Below, in pieces: positions 27,101 through 41,400 of a stretch of 64,000 nucleotides of DNA. The notes under the pieces are model-generated. The model worked only from the letters and a program-made list of their open reading frames with translations, searched no databases and was not told where the DNA came from. The DNA comes from Azolla caroliniana. Lineage: Eukaryota; Plantae; Polypodiophyta. Location of the stretch: positions 25,110,001-25,174,000 of the forward strand of contig JBHGNT010000002.1 in assembly GCA_043228905.1 (NCBI GenBank), in the 5' to 3' direction. How positions within the stretch are numbered: position 1 is the first letter of the stretch; each line of letters starts with the position of its first letter. The position numbers were made by a program, and so were the translations under genes.

Positions 27101-28852
27101 CCTTATTACTATATTAAAATTAAAGCAATTATTCATATGCATACTTGTACTTGGCAGTTGTTACTGCTGGATTCACATTCTCAGGTTTACTTGACATAGC
27201 TCATATTTTTGGGCTGGGCTAATGGTGTATTTTGCTATTTCTATTTTCAAGTACTGTTTCTATTGGTACTGCAGCTATTGACTATGATGGCATACTGTGC
27301 TTGGTTCTATTCTTTGAAGGTCTTCTAGTTAACTTGTTTTTTCTGTAGTGATTCATATGTTCGATTCCATCTATTGTCTTATGATTGGGAGTTGATCTAG
27401 TTTGTTTTAGACAGTGAGAAACACTCACATCTGAAAATCATCATAATCTTCTTGAAAGTGATCTTTATTAGCTTGATGTCAAGTGCATGGAATGAGCTTA
27501 CTTGTTTACTGGGTGAGTTAGATTTAAATCAACCAGTTCATCTATAAAACATGAGGCTTTCTATCTAAGTTCACAACGCGTATGTTTTCTCTCGTAGAAA
27601 GTTTGCCATCACATTGGAATATCTTAATGTAATCATGCAACTATACCAATTGTGTTTTAAGAGTCATCCAAAACAAATGTGATTTGAAATATGACTTGCA
27701 AGTTATGAGATTTACGCAAATTAAGTTCTATATTGAGTGTTTTTTGCAGTTTCCCCAAACTTTGATGATTCCTGCGGAACAAATGATCTCAGGATCGAAG
27801 TTGTAACACAGAGCTTCCAAACAGGAGAGGAAGGGTCTGATGATGATGATGATGATGGTGCCTATGCTGTTCAAAATAGAATTGGAGTACCTGATAAATA
27901 CTCTGAAAAGGCTCCCTGTGGGATGAATGTTTCGAAGTGGCAAACCAAAGGAAAACGCCGGGTATCTATTCGTAGTGGGAATATGTGGGAGTCAACATCA
28001 GTGAGGGCCCTTATCGATGGTGTGGCTCATGAGAGTGATGAGACTACAGAAGCACATGGTTTAACAAATGGTGCGAAAGTAAATGGATCTCGCCGGGGAC
28101 TTAGACACAAAGTTGAGGCTGCGTCAATATCTGAAGATGAAGGAGAATTATTAGAGATAGATTTGGAACCCCAAGAGGTTGCACATAATGAGGATATAGA
28201 GAATAGCTTTTGGGCAGTTGATAAACATACATCAAATAGAGAATCCCCTTGGTTTGATGTCCCAGTTGAAACACAGCCTATATCAGCTCTTCCAGAGGAA
28301 CATGCTCCCTTTGTATCTTTAACCAGCAAGCTTAATGGCAAGGTTATTTTGGGTCAACCAATGGTGGTTGAAATAATGCAGAAGAGGCTCAGAGATATTC
28401 AAAATGGTGCAAACATAGCTAAGAAGCCTCCATTGCAGCCAGTATGGAGAACTGCACGGAGAACAGCAATGCAGCGCATCCCTCGATCTTGCAGTGTTGT
28501 CCTTTCCCGACCACATGCACAAGAAGTTCTAGATAAGCAGCATCAACGAGGTCTTGCTAGTCAAAAGAACCGGGTAACAAGAAAGAGTAGTCCTTTGGCA
28601 TCTAGTGCATCTGCTAATAAAAGGAGACCTCTGAAAAAGGGTGGATCTCTTCCTCGGAAAACAAGGATGTTATCATCCATAGCCGTACAACATAGCGAGA
28701 TAAATGCACCACCTGTTGCTGTTTCCAATAAACCCACTGGACCTGCTTTGGTGACTTGCATCCCTGTCAATTTGATCTTCAATAGGATCAGAGAAGTATT
28801 GTACAGGGGTTCAAATCGGGCGCTGTCTGACTCTGACAACAACAATATTTGA
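24183..28852 (+). CDS. PWWP (Tudor/PWWP/MBT) domain protein, At1g51745-like; exons 24183-24370, 25081-26642, 27750-28852
   Basis: GGLVWVRRRNGSWWPGRI...GTPVKLLGREDGSV|DWYNIEKSRRVKAFRCG, KYARREDAILHALELE, RMRGLQDFG, FVSLTSKLNGKVILG and C-terminal VTCIPVNLIFNRIRE. Splice phases are consistent. Confidence 0.92.
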
Positions 28853-30600
28853 AACACAGAAATCATGGTGTCAAGCCAACCCCCTCACCCCCCTGTTTTG
28901 GTGTCTTGTATACCTTTCAATATGAAATTCAAGTAAAGATCAGAGAGGTTTCTATACAGGGCAGCAAATTCAGCACCTGTTGATTCTGCCAAGTTACAGC
29001 AAGACGTGAAATTCTAGACAAATGGCATGATCGGAAATGATCTTTCTGCTAGCACCAGATTTCTCTCTATACCGATTCTTGGAAGCTTTGTTTGTCATTA
29101 TTCTTGGCATTGATGAGACTGGTGTTATCAACCTATCTGACGTGTTTTGTAAGCCCATCTGTCTTCTGTATTGTTTCCAATTGGATGCTTCACAAAAATT
29201 TACAGCTACCCATGACCTTATTGCGAGTGCTGTATTTCCAGTATTGATCGATTCCCCGCTGGGGTTCTGATCTGCATGTGGTGTGCAAGAAGTCACCATT
29301 GTACATATATTGGACTAACTGTGGAAGGTCAAACATGAGAATAACTAAGGCTTGCATTTTCCTGTTTAAATGGAATTTGTATGCCGTTGTATTACTATAC
29401 TCTTGAGTTGGCCGGGCACCCTATTGAGTGCTCTTGGAAGCAAATAACATGTTAATCTGTGCATGCGGTCTATACAATGTTTTTTATGGAAATATTGGGT
29501 ATTAATTATAGTATGTTGGATTAAGTCTCTAAATGTTTGAAAGAAAACCTTACTGGAGTGGTATGAGGTCGTGGTAAAGGAAGTTATTCTTGATGAATTT
29601 AACTAGGATCATGCCTATGTATTGCAAAATGAAGATTTTGAGAGAAAGATGTACATATTAACGTCTTCTAAGACCAAAACTGGCCTGAGACAATTGATAT
29701 GTACCCAATCATCAAAAACAAAAAAACTGGAAATACAGAGGAAGATATACGTGTTCAGTATTTATGGATGATACCTGAAACTGGAAATACAGAGGAAGAC
29801 ATATGTGTGGTTCAGTATTTATGGATGATAATACATGAAAAAACTGTTTGCCATTGCCCATTTAAGTGAAGGATATACTGAATGTTTTTATTATGTTTCT
29901 GACTGACCGTATAGATACACAAGAAACTGATGTTTTTATATAACTATCACACTATTACAAGTTAAATCTTTGTGGGGTGTTTTATACAATGTGACTTTTT
30001 AGTCAAGCTATATATCAAACTACCATTGTCTGTTATAATTAATACAATTCCCTTGCACATCCAAGAATGGTTTGCACTAAAATCTTAAGCCATCATTGCC
30101 CAATCATGTTTTGAGATTCTAATTATACTGAAGGATAAAGTTTTAAAAGAAACGAACATATAGCCACAGACTCTAAGAGAAATAGACACAGGCAACCCAA
30201 TATGTAGCTGAACCAAAGGCTTGAATTTTATGTTCTGAACTCCCCAGTGGGTCTTCATAATTTAGAAACTTATATTTTGCCATCCTCAATTGTCCAAGAC
30301 CAGTGTACTTGATAAATATATGACAGGCGGCTTGAAGCTGAATATTACCATAATGGATTGATGTCTTTTAGTGCACAAATGCACAGGCAAAGATTCCATC
30401 TTGTACAAGAACATCTTGTTGCTTTCTGACTAATAATAATGGCCTTGTAGATACGAAAGACAGACTGCTTGAAATCTTTGCCATAATGATTGTGTACATA
30501 CACATACTAAGGAGAATGCTGATTCCTGACCAAAATAATAATACTAGGTATCCAGGTGATCAAGCATCAGTTGATTGTACAGAAAACCATTTGAAAGGGT

Positions 30601-33600
30601 TTAAGTCAGATTTGCACCAAATGCTTTGAAAACCTTCTCATAAACAGGTCTTTTAAAATCAACAGCCTGATTTTAAAAGAAATAACCGGAATTGTCAGCA
30701 CTTTCCAGCATATACCATTTTGCTTGCAAGAAAAAAGCCCCTACTTATTTAATTGGTGACTACCTGTTTTAATACTTCCTCTGTTGAGGCCCACTTCCAC
30801 TCTGAAAATTCTGCTCTTTCCTTCTCATCCCCGTCAAGAATTATTTCACTTTCATCACCAACAAACCTGAATAGAAACCTAAGAGCAAACAGTTGTATAA
30901 GTTAGAATAACTCGGAAATCCATGAAATTAGATATGGATAACTTATGCATAGACTTTACTGTTGAAGCTGGGATGACCTGAGTCTAAACACATTCTTCAT
31001 TGAGCAATTTGTAAGTTAATATGCTAATTACAGTCCTAACTCGAAAAGAAGGCCGGCACTAATTGGGAGAACTAGATCCTAATTTACTAACTTTGCACCT
31101 TGACCTAGCTATATAAAGTGGGGTTGCATAAGTTAGAAAACTAGAAAAGGCTTTGACCACTTATTACTCTCAATTAGAAGGGATTAAATTATATGATTCA
31201 TCAATCAACAATGTTAGGCATATTAGGCTGCAATATTATCATTAATTTTGATTATTAATATCTACTCTTAAGTATATTTTATGCCCTTTATTTAATGATG
31301 CATCATATCATTAGGAGCTTCAACTTTGATGAAACATATTTCAGTCATTTCAACTTATAAGCATATTTTGGTAATTTCCCTTTTCATATATCAGCCTTCA
31401 TGATTGAGGGGCATACATTACAATATGTTGAAGCATCCAAGAATAATAGAAATAGATGAATTAAACAATATATTTTCCAGAAAGACACATTGTCGTGTAA
31501 ACATCTTTAGTAAGACATCTAGTCCAATGAAACTTGCTTCCAATAATTTCAAATGATGCAACTATAGTCCACAATGACTCTAGTGTATTGAGGCTGAACA
31601 AACCATTTTTTATACTCAAAAATTTCAAGCAGTACCTACACTTATTTCACCATCTATGTGGAACCTTCAATCATTTCAATCATTTATCGATTATGAAGTG
31701 TTCCATTGAAACTGGCCATGAAAAATGTTTCTCGCTACTACAGTTGAATGCTTGCTTTTCTTACTTGCAGTTCCAGACTTTGACCTTGTCTGCTAGAGAA
31801 CTCACCCCACAAGGAACAGTGCTTCCCCTCCAAAACTAGGGAGAAAAGGAAGACCACAGAAAAATCTCAAACTAAGCAAATGGGATATCTTGAATGTCGT
31901 AGAGCTTGTCTTGACAAGACAAAAATGAAGGAGACAGGAAATTGCTATCCAATGAAACAATAATAACATTTATAACTAGAACAATGAAAGGCTCACCACT
32001 TCTGAGCCTGGCCTTTCCATTCTTTGCCCCAAAGGTGAGTTATTTTTTCCTTAACATCTGGTGGAAAATCATATGTCAACCAGTCGGGTGCCTATGATGC
32101 CATTTTCAAAAGCTTTTAAACATTTGATTCCTGGTAAAAATGAGAATGTAAGGCATCATATTTGATACCTCGCCAATGAGTTGCACTGATGTGACACCTG
32201 TTTCTTCTTTGAGTTCTCTTAAGGCTGCCACTCTAGGTTCTTCATTTGCATCAACTCCCCCCTAAATAAAAGATTGAATGGGATATAAAACACAATTTGA
32301 GCATGGCTTCTATCTATTTATTATTTTGAGAAATATAGGATGCAATATTGTTATGAGACAACAAATGGTCAGTGTCTGAAAGGAAGGACATGAACCAAAT
32401 TAAATATGTGTATGCCTGTGTCAAAAAAGTCACTTGATTATAACGATGGTGCCTATGTCTCCCCTGATTGTGAGTAATAACTCTTGTCAAAGCTGCCACC
32501 AAAAACTTCGCATTGTGACTTGGATATCAGAACGATAGAAATAATAGAGACCTTCAGCTTTTTGGCTGTATGCCAGCCTTAGATCATAAACATTAGAAGA
32601 CCCAGGTGTTTGTAATTACAAACAAAGAAGAAAAAATACAAGAGACCAAAAATGGTCCTAATATTTATCCAACCAATGTCTTTAAAAATGAAGCACATGC
32701 AGTTAAAAGTGCAAAATAAAGCTTTAGAATAAATGGATCTGAAGTTGAGTTCCAAAACTCATACCAGATATCATTTCTAAAATCCATGCCATAAAGCTGA
32801 AATGCATTGACTAAAATGCTCTGAAACAGTGAGGATTTCAAGATGAAATGAGACGACCGACTAAATCCATCAACCAAATTACCTCATGTTGCAACTGAGC
32901 AAATAGCAATTCCCCCCATTATTTCTGAAACCAAAACAGGTGATGGCAATAGATATAAAAGAGTATCACTAGATGTGTTCCAGTAGATCATTTCAGGCAA
33001 CATATATTTGAGCTTATGAATAGTTTGGTTGAAACCATGTCTGTCATGCATGACAGAATATTTACCATCATGGTTTGGACCATGAATTTCTTTACACTTT
33101 CAAGAATATGCGATTATGTTTATATAGATATCTATGGACAATCCTATGCAATTGCTAAAAGTATGAAACATGAATTTTAGAACATTTAAGAAGCACAGTT
33201 TTTTCAAGGCTGGAATAACATGCTCTTTTCCACATAAAGCCCCAGAATTCTTCCCCGAATCAACAGAAGAATTATCTAGCAAATGATGTTTCTTCTCTAT
33301 GCCCGGCAGGATGATGAACGATCTATTGTGCTATTATTAGTGCTTCAATATTTCAAGATGACTGCGATATCATTTCTACTTGCTGGATGCATCATGTCTC
33401 ACACTCCTAACGACATTGGTATTGGCATTTGCAACAAGGATGCAAATCTATATGCAGGGAAAATTACATAAAAGAGAAAAAACTGGAATCTAAGATCTTG
33501 TGGGAATGTAAAAGGGCCGACCAATGTAAAAACTCTCCTTTCAATTTCAAAAAGATTAGTGTGAAGTGTTTTACTCTAAGCTTTCCGTAATCTTCTTGCA

Positions 33601-34975
33601 CGTGATTGTGGATCCTAACTAACCGAAAAGTGTTTTGTTCATATGTGTGTGCTTTTGCATATTATTAACTAGATAGGTAGACTGATAAAGACATATCGCG
33701 ACATTGTCTAATTTCTATGTTAAGATAACTATTTAAGTGAGGAGAGGAAGAGTTCTGAAGTCCTAATACATAACTGTTAGTAGCTCAAGAATGCTTGATG
33801 ACCACTCTTCACCATTTCTCCAACAAATAGGTAAATGATGGTCTAATCATGCAACACGGGCTCAGTAATGAGATAGAACTCCAAACAAGAGAAAGACATG
33901 AGCTCAGTGCAGCACACATAGAACCAACACAAACTGACAATCGTCAATCATAAACTTTCTATAATGGCCAATATTACTTTCAGAGAAAATAATGGTTTGT
34001 ACTTTGATGGAAGATAGAAACATCTTTAGCGCCTTACAACTTGTATTGTAACATATGAGAACAAGTTCAGATTTAAGCCCATTCAAAATATCCATCAGCA
34101 ACTTAAAAGTAGGACATAAAAGTATTATAATGTGTTTTAGTTTGTTTTTATGACATACTATTTTGTCTGTTTCCTAGTTAGAAATAAAAAGCTCCATCAT
34201 AATGACTGAATTCACTCCATCACCGTGCACAAGAAAAATAATAATAAGAAGAAAAGCTTAAACCCTGAGTCCTAATAAATAAGAGAGAGAACGCTTTAAT
34301 TCTAAGGTCTAAAAAACAACATCCATCAGCATTGACGAGAAGAAAATGACACAAAAAACTTAAATCCTCAGTTCTAAAAACCTATCCCTCATGATTCATG
34401 GCAATATAACAAGTAATTAAATCCTAACCATATGACGAAATTGGCAAGAAAAAAAATGAAGGATATTGAATCGTCATACCTGTGGCATTTGCCACGCCTC
34501 AGGCAAATCTATGCGTCGTGCAATGAACACCTGTAAGACGAGAAAGAAAAGCACATAAATGATCGTTAACACATAGAGAAGATTGCTAAACTACATCCAT
34601 GAGTCAAAATCCCCAACGTGTATATAAACAAAACAAAAAAAAACATTTTTAATGATGAAATAACAAAACCTGGCTATGAGAGTTGATAAGACAGAGGCCA
34701 ACATTAGGTCGATATGAAGCAGGAGGGGGAGGTTGGAAAGACATGAAACAGAGCAGCTGTGGTGTTGTGATGGAAGAGGAGAATGATGAAGGGTAAGTTG
34801 TGACTTTCGCAGCAGGAAATCCGAGAGCTAGGGTTTGTCTGAGAGGGGGTTGGGATCGGAATGGAGATAAGTGAGAGATAGAAGAAGAGCGAAGGCGAGG
34901 GAGGAGGAATCGTGATGGAGGAGATGGCGATGGCGATGGCGATGGCGATGGGACGCGTACAAGAGAGAGGAGCAT
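30601..34975 (-). CDS. NUDT25: Nudix hydrolase of the NUDT25/26/27 (Ap4A hydrolase / RppH-like) family with a Ser/Pro-rich transit-peptide-like N-terminus; 6 exons
   Basis: YRPNVGLCLINSHSQ|VFIARRIDLPEAWQMPQ|GGVDANEEPRVAALRELKEETGV (Nudix box)|APDWLTYDFPPDVK...GQAQKW|FLFRF...EFSEWKW|AVDFKRPVYEKVF...*. Exons at about 34975-34670, 34531-34481, 32262-32170, 32092-31998, 30878-30764 and 30666-30601. Confidence 0.9.
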
Positions 34976-35099
34976 GGCTCTGGTCTTCTTACAGACAGAG
35001 ACAGAGACAGAGACAGAGACAGACAGAGAATCATGCCATTGGTTGTAAGCTTGTCGAGGAAATGAAGATGAAAACTAAACCAAAGCCACGGAGAAGGAA

Positions 35100-35540
35100 G
35101 GAGACCAGAATCGAACCCAAGACCTATCGAAAGCCCGACAAAACCCTAAAAGAGTGTCTCTTCATCGAATGATCCGACCAACCGGCCCAAAACCGATGGA
35201 TCGGCCGCCAAGTCCCATCGAAATCCCGACAAATCTATAAGAGACCGTAGTATCTAATCGGTCTTGATCTACCGTACGCCCCAATCCGCACAAGCCGATC
35301 GATCAAGCGCAACACAAACACCCATTGAAATCCCTAGAAAACCCTATAAGAGATTGTGTTATCCATCTCGATTGACCGCAAGACCCATCGAAATCCCGAC
35401 AAGCCGATCGACCTGGAGACCCGTCCCCACAAGCCGATCGATCGATTGTCGCACAAACACCCATCGATGATCCCTAGAAACCTATAAGAGATTGTGTTAT
35501 CGATCGCGATCGATCGGAAGACCCCTCCCAAAACCCGCCC
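35100..35540. repeat. Degenerate tandem repeats (~139-bp period) upstream of the Nudix gene, possibly a TE subterminal region
   Basis: acaaacaccc...ccctagaaa(ac)cctataagagattgtgttatc recurs at ~35314 and ~35453. gaaatcccgacaa also recurs. Confidence 0.6.
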
Positions 35541-36774
35541 ATATCCCTTCAAGACACCTATGGAGCTCTTTTTCAATCTTAATGCTTCTTTTGCACTTAT
35601 GAGTATTTGCTTGCCATGGGATTTTCTGAAAAACTCAATTAAGGCACCCAAACCACTTATGGGTTTGTCCTATTCTTCAACTTATCCTACCCTTAAAACA
35701 CTTAAAACTAGCTTTGGAATTAATGCTTAAGCTTATGGCTATAACATTGACCATAATCACAAGGTTAGAATACTTGATCAATTTGTGCGAATACCATATT
35801 AAATACACTCCAATTCCGCTACAAGGATGACATGGTATATCAAAGAAACAAATAAGTAAATTTGATCAAACTCAAAAGTTACACGTAAATCAAATGGGTC
35901 AAAAATAGGAAAGTTTGACGATAGTTATCGCGAGAGCAAGAAGCAACTTATTGTCACCCTATCGGTGCCATCAAAAGTGGCATCTACAATTGTCTCCTAC
36001 ATTGTAGTTGCCAATTTTGATGTTGTTGGATTAAGACAGTTGAATTAAACATAGGAGAACTTGATTTGAGCTTATTTTGGCTCCACACTCCATGTAATAA
36101 ATTGTCAGGGTGGTCAAGTGGTCTAAGACACTAGACTAAAGTTTTGCTTCTAAAAAAGGAATACGGGCTAGAAATCCTAATTCTGACAAGTTTTCGAATC
36201 GATACTCCTCGGTCAAGGTGGCCAAGTGGTCTAAGTTGCTAGACTCAAGTTTTTGTTCTCAAATTTGATATTGACTTTTAATTTGTCTCCACGTTTTTAG
36301 CCAATAGTTATGTGGTTGAGTGGTCTAAGATATCATACTTAAGGGAGTGTGGTTTCAAATATCGTATGTTTGTAGTTAGGGTAGTTGAGTGGTTTAAGTG
36401 CCAGACACAAGTTTTGGTTCTCGAAAGGGAGCATGGGTGTCAAATCCTACTTTTGACAAAATTCAGTTGTCATACTTAGTTTTGGTTCTCGAAAGGGAGT
36501 GTGTGTATGAATTCCACTTTTAACAACTATTCAAATTGATATTGGTTATACAAAACTCAAGATTGCGTTTGACTCCACAATGCGCCTTATACAAATCTCT
36601 GAGATTGAGTATGGTTGCACAATCCACTCATGGTTCTACAAACGACAAATTCAATAGCTAGGGATGATGAAATGTTTTTGTCAGGGTGGTTGAGTGGTCT
36701 AAGGCACCACACTCAAGTTCTAGTTCTCGAAAGAAAGTGTGGGTTTGCTCGTGATTGATCGTGGCCCCACAACA

Positions 36775-37085
36775 CCATATGGCCGAAAACCGTCTCCAGC
36801 TAAGGTAGAGGCAATTTCGGCAATGAAGTATGTAGGTCAACCACAGAGGTCCGGAGATTCCTCAGAGCATGTGCATTCTACCAATTTGGATTCCGCACTA
36901 CGCACATATTGCCGAGCCACTCTATGGCTTGTTGATGAAGGGGCGGGGGTTCGAATGGGTAGAAGAGCACGAAGAGGCAGTATGAAGATTGAAGGGGATG
37001 TTGACGATGGCACCGGTAGTTCGGAAAGCGGTTTACGGGAAGGGAGCTCCAGTATACATGACGGTCGACAAGAGTCCGACCGAGT
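36775..37085 (+). mobile_element. Ty3/gypsy pol fragment (RT thumb to RNase H start) inside the tRNA array
   Basis: Frameshifted translation PYGRKPSPAKVEAISAMK / [14 protein letters not shown] / [24 protein letters not shown]...[11 protein letters not shown]. No LTR adjacent. Confidence 0.8.
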
Positions 37086-37223
37086 AATAGTTCCCAGTAA
37101 AGGCCTGTGCGATTCAATTCTACACTTTGTTTATTTGGATTTGGTTATGTCATAGATTCAAAACTCATGTAAAAACTATCTCTAAATGAATCCCTTCCCC
37201 CTATAGAAGATGGTATTTCTATC

Positions 37224-37280
37224 TCACAGAATCTTAATCTTGTTCGATCCAACAAATAATGCTAAAGTTAAAGTTAGTAC
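37224..37280 (-). pseudogene. petL: Plastid petL 3' fragment (NUPT)
   Basis: Reverse translation VLTLTLALFVGSNKIKIL* matches the PetL C-terminus. Confidence 0.7.
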
Positions 37281-37350
37281 GGATGTCAAATCAATCTCTA
37301 TGTCTGGGGTTTCGCCCATGGTTGTTTAATACGAATCTGAAAACGAAGAG

Positions 37351-37490
37351 GGATGAGTTGTGGTTAGGGGTGAAATGCCACTCGAACCCAGAGCTAGCTA
37401 GTTCTCCTGAAATGTGTTGAGGCGTAGTAGTTGACTGGACCATCTAGGGGTAAAACATTGTTCCGGTGTGGGTTGCGAGAGCGGTCCCAA
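37351..37490 (+). pseudogene. rrn23: Plastid 23S rRNA fragment (NUPT)
   Basis: GGATGAGTTGTGGTTAGGGGTGAAATGCCACTCGAACCCAGAGCTAGCT...CATCTAGGGGTAAA...GCGAGAGCGGT matches chloroplast 23S rRNA, with transitions. Confidence 0.88.
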
Positions 37491-38110
37491 TATTAGTATA
37501 ACATCAGTTGTTGTATCCGATTTTTGAATTAGTAAAAAACCACAAATGAATGTTTGGTCACATTAAAAAAACCAAAACGTTACTGGGTTTTTGTGACGCA
37601 TCTTTCAAAAGAAGAATCGATCGATAATCAACTTGCTTGATGGTACGATCCAACCCGCACAACCAACAATTACTAGTATCAGCCACAACCCTCAAACACA
37701 CAGATATACTAAATCCTCGACTTGTCTCTTCCCTAGTGAGGAGGGGGGTCATACTAGGTTCAGTTCAGACATGACCCTTGTTCCGAAGATTAGATTTAAA
37801 TAGGGGTACAAGTTTTCGTTCTATAAAGGGAGCGTGGGTTCAAATCCCACTTCTGACAAGTTGTTGAATCAATAGTCCTTATTTTGAACTCGTGATTGAT
37901 CATGGTCCACAACACTCACCAAACGGTCAGGATGGACGAGTGGTCTAAGGCGCCAGACTCAAGTTCTCGTTCTGGAAACGAAGTTGGGTTGGAATCCCAC
38001 TTCTGACAAGTCTTTGAATAGATACTACTTATGTAGAACTTATGATTGATAGTGGCCCCACAACACTAACCCAATAGTTAGGGTGGCCGAACGGTCCAAG
38101 ATGCCAAACT

Positions 38111-38389
38111 TGTTAGGAAACAGATCCCTCCGGATGGGATAGGAGTACCCGGCAATGGAAGACCCGGTGAGAACTGGATGACGAGTGCCCGGCAAGAGCC
38201 GGATAGTGAAGGCCCGGTGAGAAGTGCTCACCGGATGAAGGAACATATTCGTAAATAGCCGAAAAGTCATATTAGTATAAATATATTTGTAAATAGTCGA
38301 AAAGTCATATTAGTATAAATATGACTTAGGGCAAACTTAGCGTGCAACAATTGTCATTCTTGTTGGTGCAAGATTTGAGTGCAACCGTG

Positions 38390-38425
<36 letters not shown>

Positions 38426-41400
38426 GTGAGTGAGAGACAAAGAGGACGTTGTCTCTGTTGTAACCGCCGCCTACGGCGAAGATAGTGAACAAGAGGTCGT
38501 TGCCTCTGTGTTCATCTATTGTATATTGTAACATAGTGATAGTTTGCAGTCTGTGGACTGCCGTGGTTTTTCCCGTGTTTGGGTTTTCCATGTAAACATC
38601 TTGTGTACTCTTCTCTTTACTGTGTCGTGCGTACATTACTTGTTTTTTTGTGTTTGATCCTAGACTCGGTTGTGCCGAGTGTTGTTTTCAGAGCGTGTAG
38701 TCCTATCAAAGTGGTATTAGAGCGAAATGACACAGAAAATAGATGAATCGTTGGGAGGCATGTTCAAGCTCACCGGCTCCAATTACTCAGTATGGAAGTC
38801 GAAGATGAGGGACATGCTCGTGGTTAAAGACCTTTGGTTGCCGGTTCAGTTCGGGGACAAGAGACCAGACAAAATCGATGCCACGATATGGGAGGTGATG
38901 CACATGAAGACAACGGCGTACATACGATACTTCATTGACCTGAGTCTATACAATAACTTCAATGAAGAGAGCAAGGCTCATGAGCTCTGGGAGAAGATCA
39001 ACATTATGTTTCAGAACAAAAATGTTGTTAATCAGGTTTCGGTATTTCGGAAGCTAGTAAGACTCCGGTACCAAGATGGCTCCAGCATGGCGGAGCACAT
39101 GAATGCCTTCCAGGGGTTGATTCACCAGGCAACATCATTGGAAGTACCTCTCGCCGATGAGGTACTAGCACTACTCCTGCTCGGTTCTCTCCCAGATAGC
39201 TGGGAGACGTTGGTTGTCACTTTGGGTAACGCCGGGCCGGAAGGGAAACGGTTATTCCTAGCAAGAGTGAAATCGAGCTTGCTAGATGAGGAGGTGTGTC
39301 GGAAAGATAAGGATATGAGCTCCAACTCCAAAGCGCTCCTTACCGAATCGGAACGCGGAAGACAAAGGAACCGTAGTCCCTAGAACTAGGAGAAGTCGGG
39401 GACACGGCCAAAGTCAAGGGGGAGGCCTACTTGCTTCTATTGCGGCAAGCCGGGACACTTCTAGAAGAACTATCGGCATTTCTGAAAAGACAAGGAAACC
39501 GATGGTACCGATTCGAAGCGGACTCCGGACCGGAACGATAAAGACCGGAAGGGAACGACGGCAATCACGGCAAGTGAAGAAGAGTTGATGCTCATCACCG
39601 AGGAGAGTGAGCTAAACCTTGCCAGCAACGAGATGACCTGGGTGGTCGACTCCGGAGCGTCGTTCCACCTTACCCCGGACCGTAAATACTTCTCATCCTA
39701 CACAGTCGGTGATCACGGTTGTGTCCGGATGGGGAATGAAGGTACATGCCGAATTGTCGGCATAGGAGACGTGTGGTTCACAACACCAACCGGATACAAG
39801 TTGTTGCTGAAGGATGTACGACACGTTCCGGAGGTTCGACTGAACCTAATATCAGCCCGTCGGCTAGATGATGAAGGCTACACGGGTAGCATTCAGAATG
39901 GAGTCATGAAGTTCAGCAAAGGGAGCCTGATTGTGGCTCGGGCCCAGAAGGTCAACACGTTGTACCTGATGAATGCCTGGTTATTCCCGGAAGAAGTGAA
40001 TGTGGCTTCCAACACTGTCGGTGAGTTGTGGCACAAGAGGCTGTGTCACATGAGTGAGAAGGGGATGAAGAGGCTTGCAAATGACAACCTCATTCCAGTG
40101 AAGAACGTGCACTTGGAGAAGTGCACTGATTGTCTGGCCGATAAGCAAAACCGGACCTCCTTCCGACCAAGGCCACCGATGAGACGTAATGCACCACTGG
40201 AGTTGGTGCATACTCATGTGTGTCAAGTGGACATGAAGTCACATGCCGGATCGTAGTACTTCGTGACGTTCATAGATGACCACAGCCGGAAGTTGTGGGC
40301 CACACCGTTGAAGACGAAGGATTAGGTGTTATCCGTCTTCAAAGAGCTCCACGCGAGAGTGGAAAGAGAAACCGGCTGGAAGCTGAAGGCGGTTCGAGCA
40401 GATAACGGAGGAGAATACCGGGGGCAGTTCGAGGAGTACGGCCGCTCGAAGGGAATCCGGCTCGAATTTACCGTGCCGAAAACGCCGGAACTAAACGTGC
40501 TGGCCGAGAGGATGAACTGAACCATAATGGAGAGGGTCCGGAGTATGCTGGTGCATGCAAAATTACCCAAGAAGTTTTGGGCTGAGGGATTGTCAACGGC
40601 GACATACGTGATAAACAGATCACCCTCAGTACCCTTGGACGGGGACACGCCGCAGAGAGTTTGGACCGGTAAGGAAGTGTCCTACTGACATCTGAAGGTA
40701 TTCGGGTGTCTTGCATACGTGCATGTAGCTAAGGACCGGAGAGGAAAGTTAGATCCAAAGACCCGGTCATGCATATTCCTCAGTTACGGCAATGATGAGT
40801 TCGGCTACCGAGTGTGGGACCCGGTCAACCAGAAAGTATTCTGGAGTCGGGATATTATCTTAATGGAGGATAAGACGCTCGCCCACTGGGAGTCGGAGAA
40901 GAAGATAATGAACTCCAAGTCAACCGGTAAGGATCGATTCTACGATGAGCAGACCCAACCGGCAAGAGACCGGTTAGCACTCGATGAACCGGCCAGTGAC
41001 GGTAAAGAGACAAGACAGGCCGAAGAAGAAGGAATAGGTGAAATCGGAACCGGCCAAGACCCCGAATCAGATTCGGATGAAGAACAAATAGAGGAGCCGG
41101 TTGCCGAAAGCCAAAGACGGAGATATCCTCTCAGAGAGAGAAGGGCCCCCCGGAGATTTTCGGATGCAGAGCATGTGCTGCTGACCGATGAGGGGGAGCC
41201 AGAAAGTTTCGAGGAAGCTAAAAGTGACGCCCATAGCCGCAAATGGTTAAGTGCCATGCAGGATGAGATGGATTCCCTGCATGAGAACCATACGTACGAA
41301 TTGGTGGAGTTGCCGAAAGGAAAGCGGGCACTCCGAAATAAGTGGGTGTACAAGTTGAAACCGGGAGATGTCGGCAACCCCCCGAGATACAAAGCCAGGA

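Noticed and set aside
29720-29830. Small local duplications (53 bp here; also ~5525-5660 and ~55350-55840)
   Set aside because: Ordinary slippage-type duplications in 3' flanks with no sign of function.
37351-37490. Functional rRNA gene
   Set aside because: Only ~140 nt, mutated, and embedded in a mosaic of fragments.
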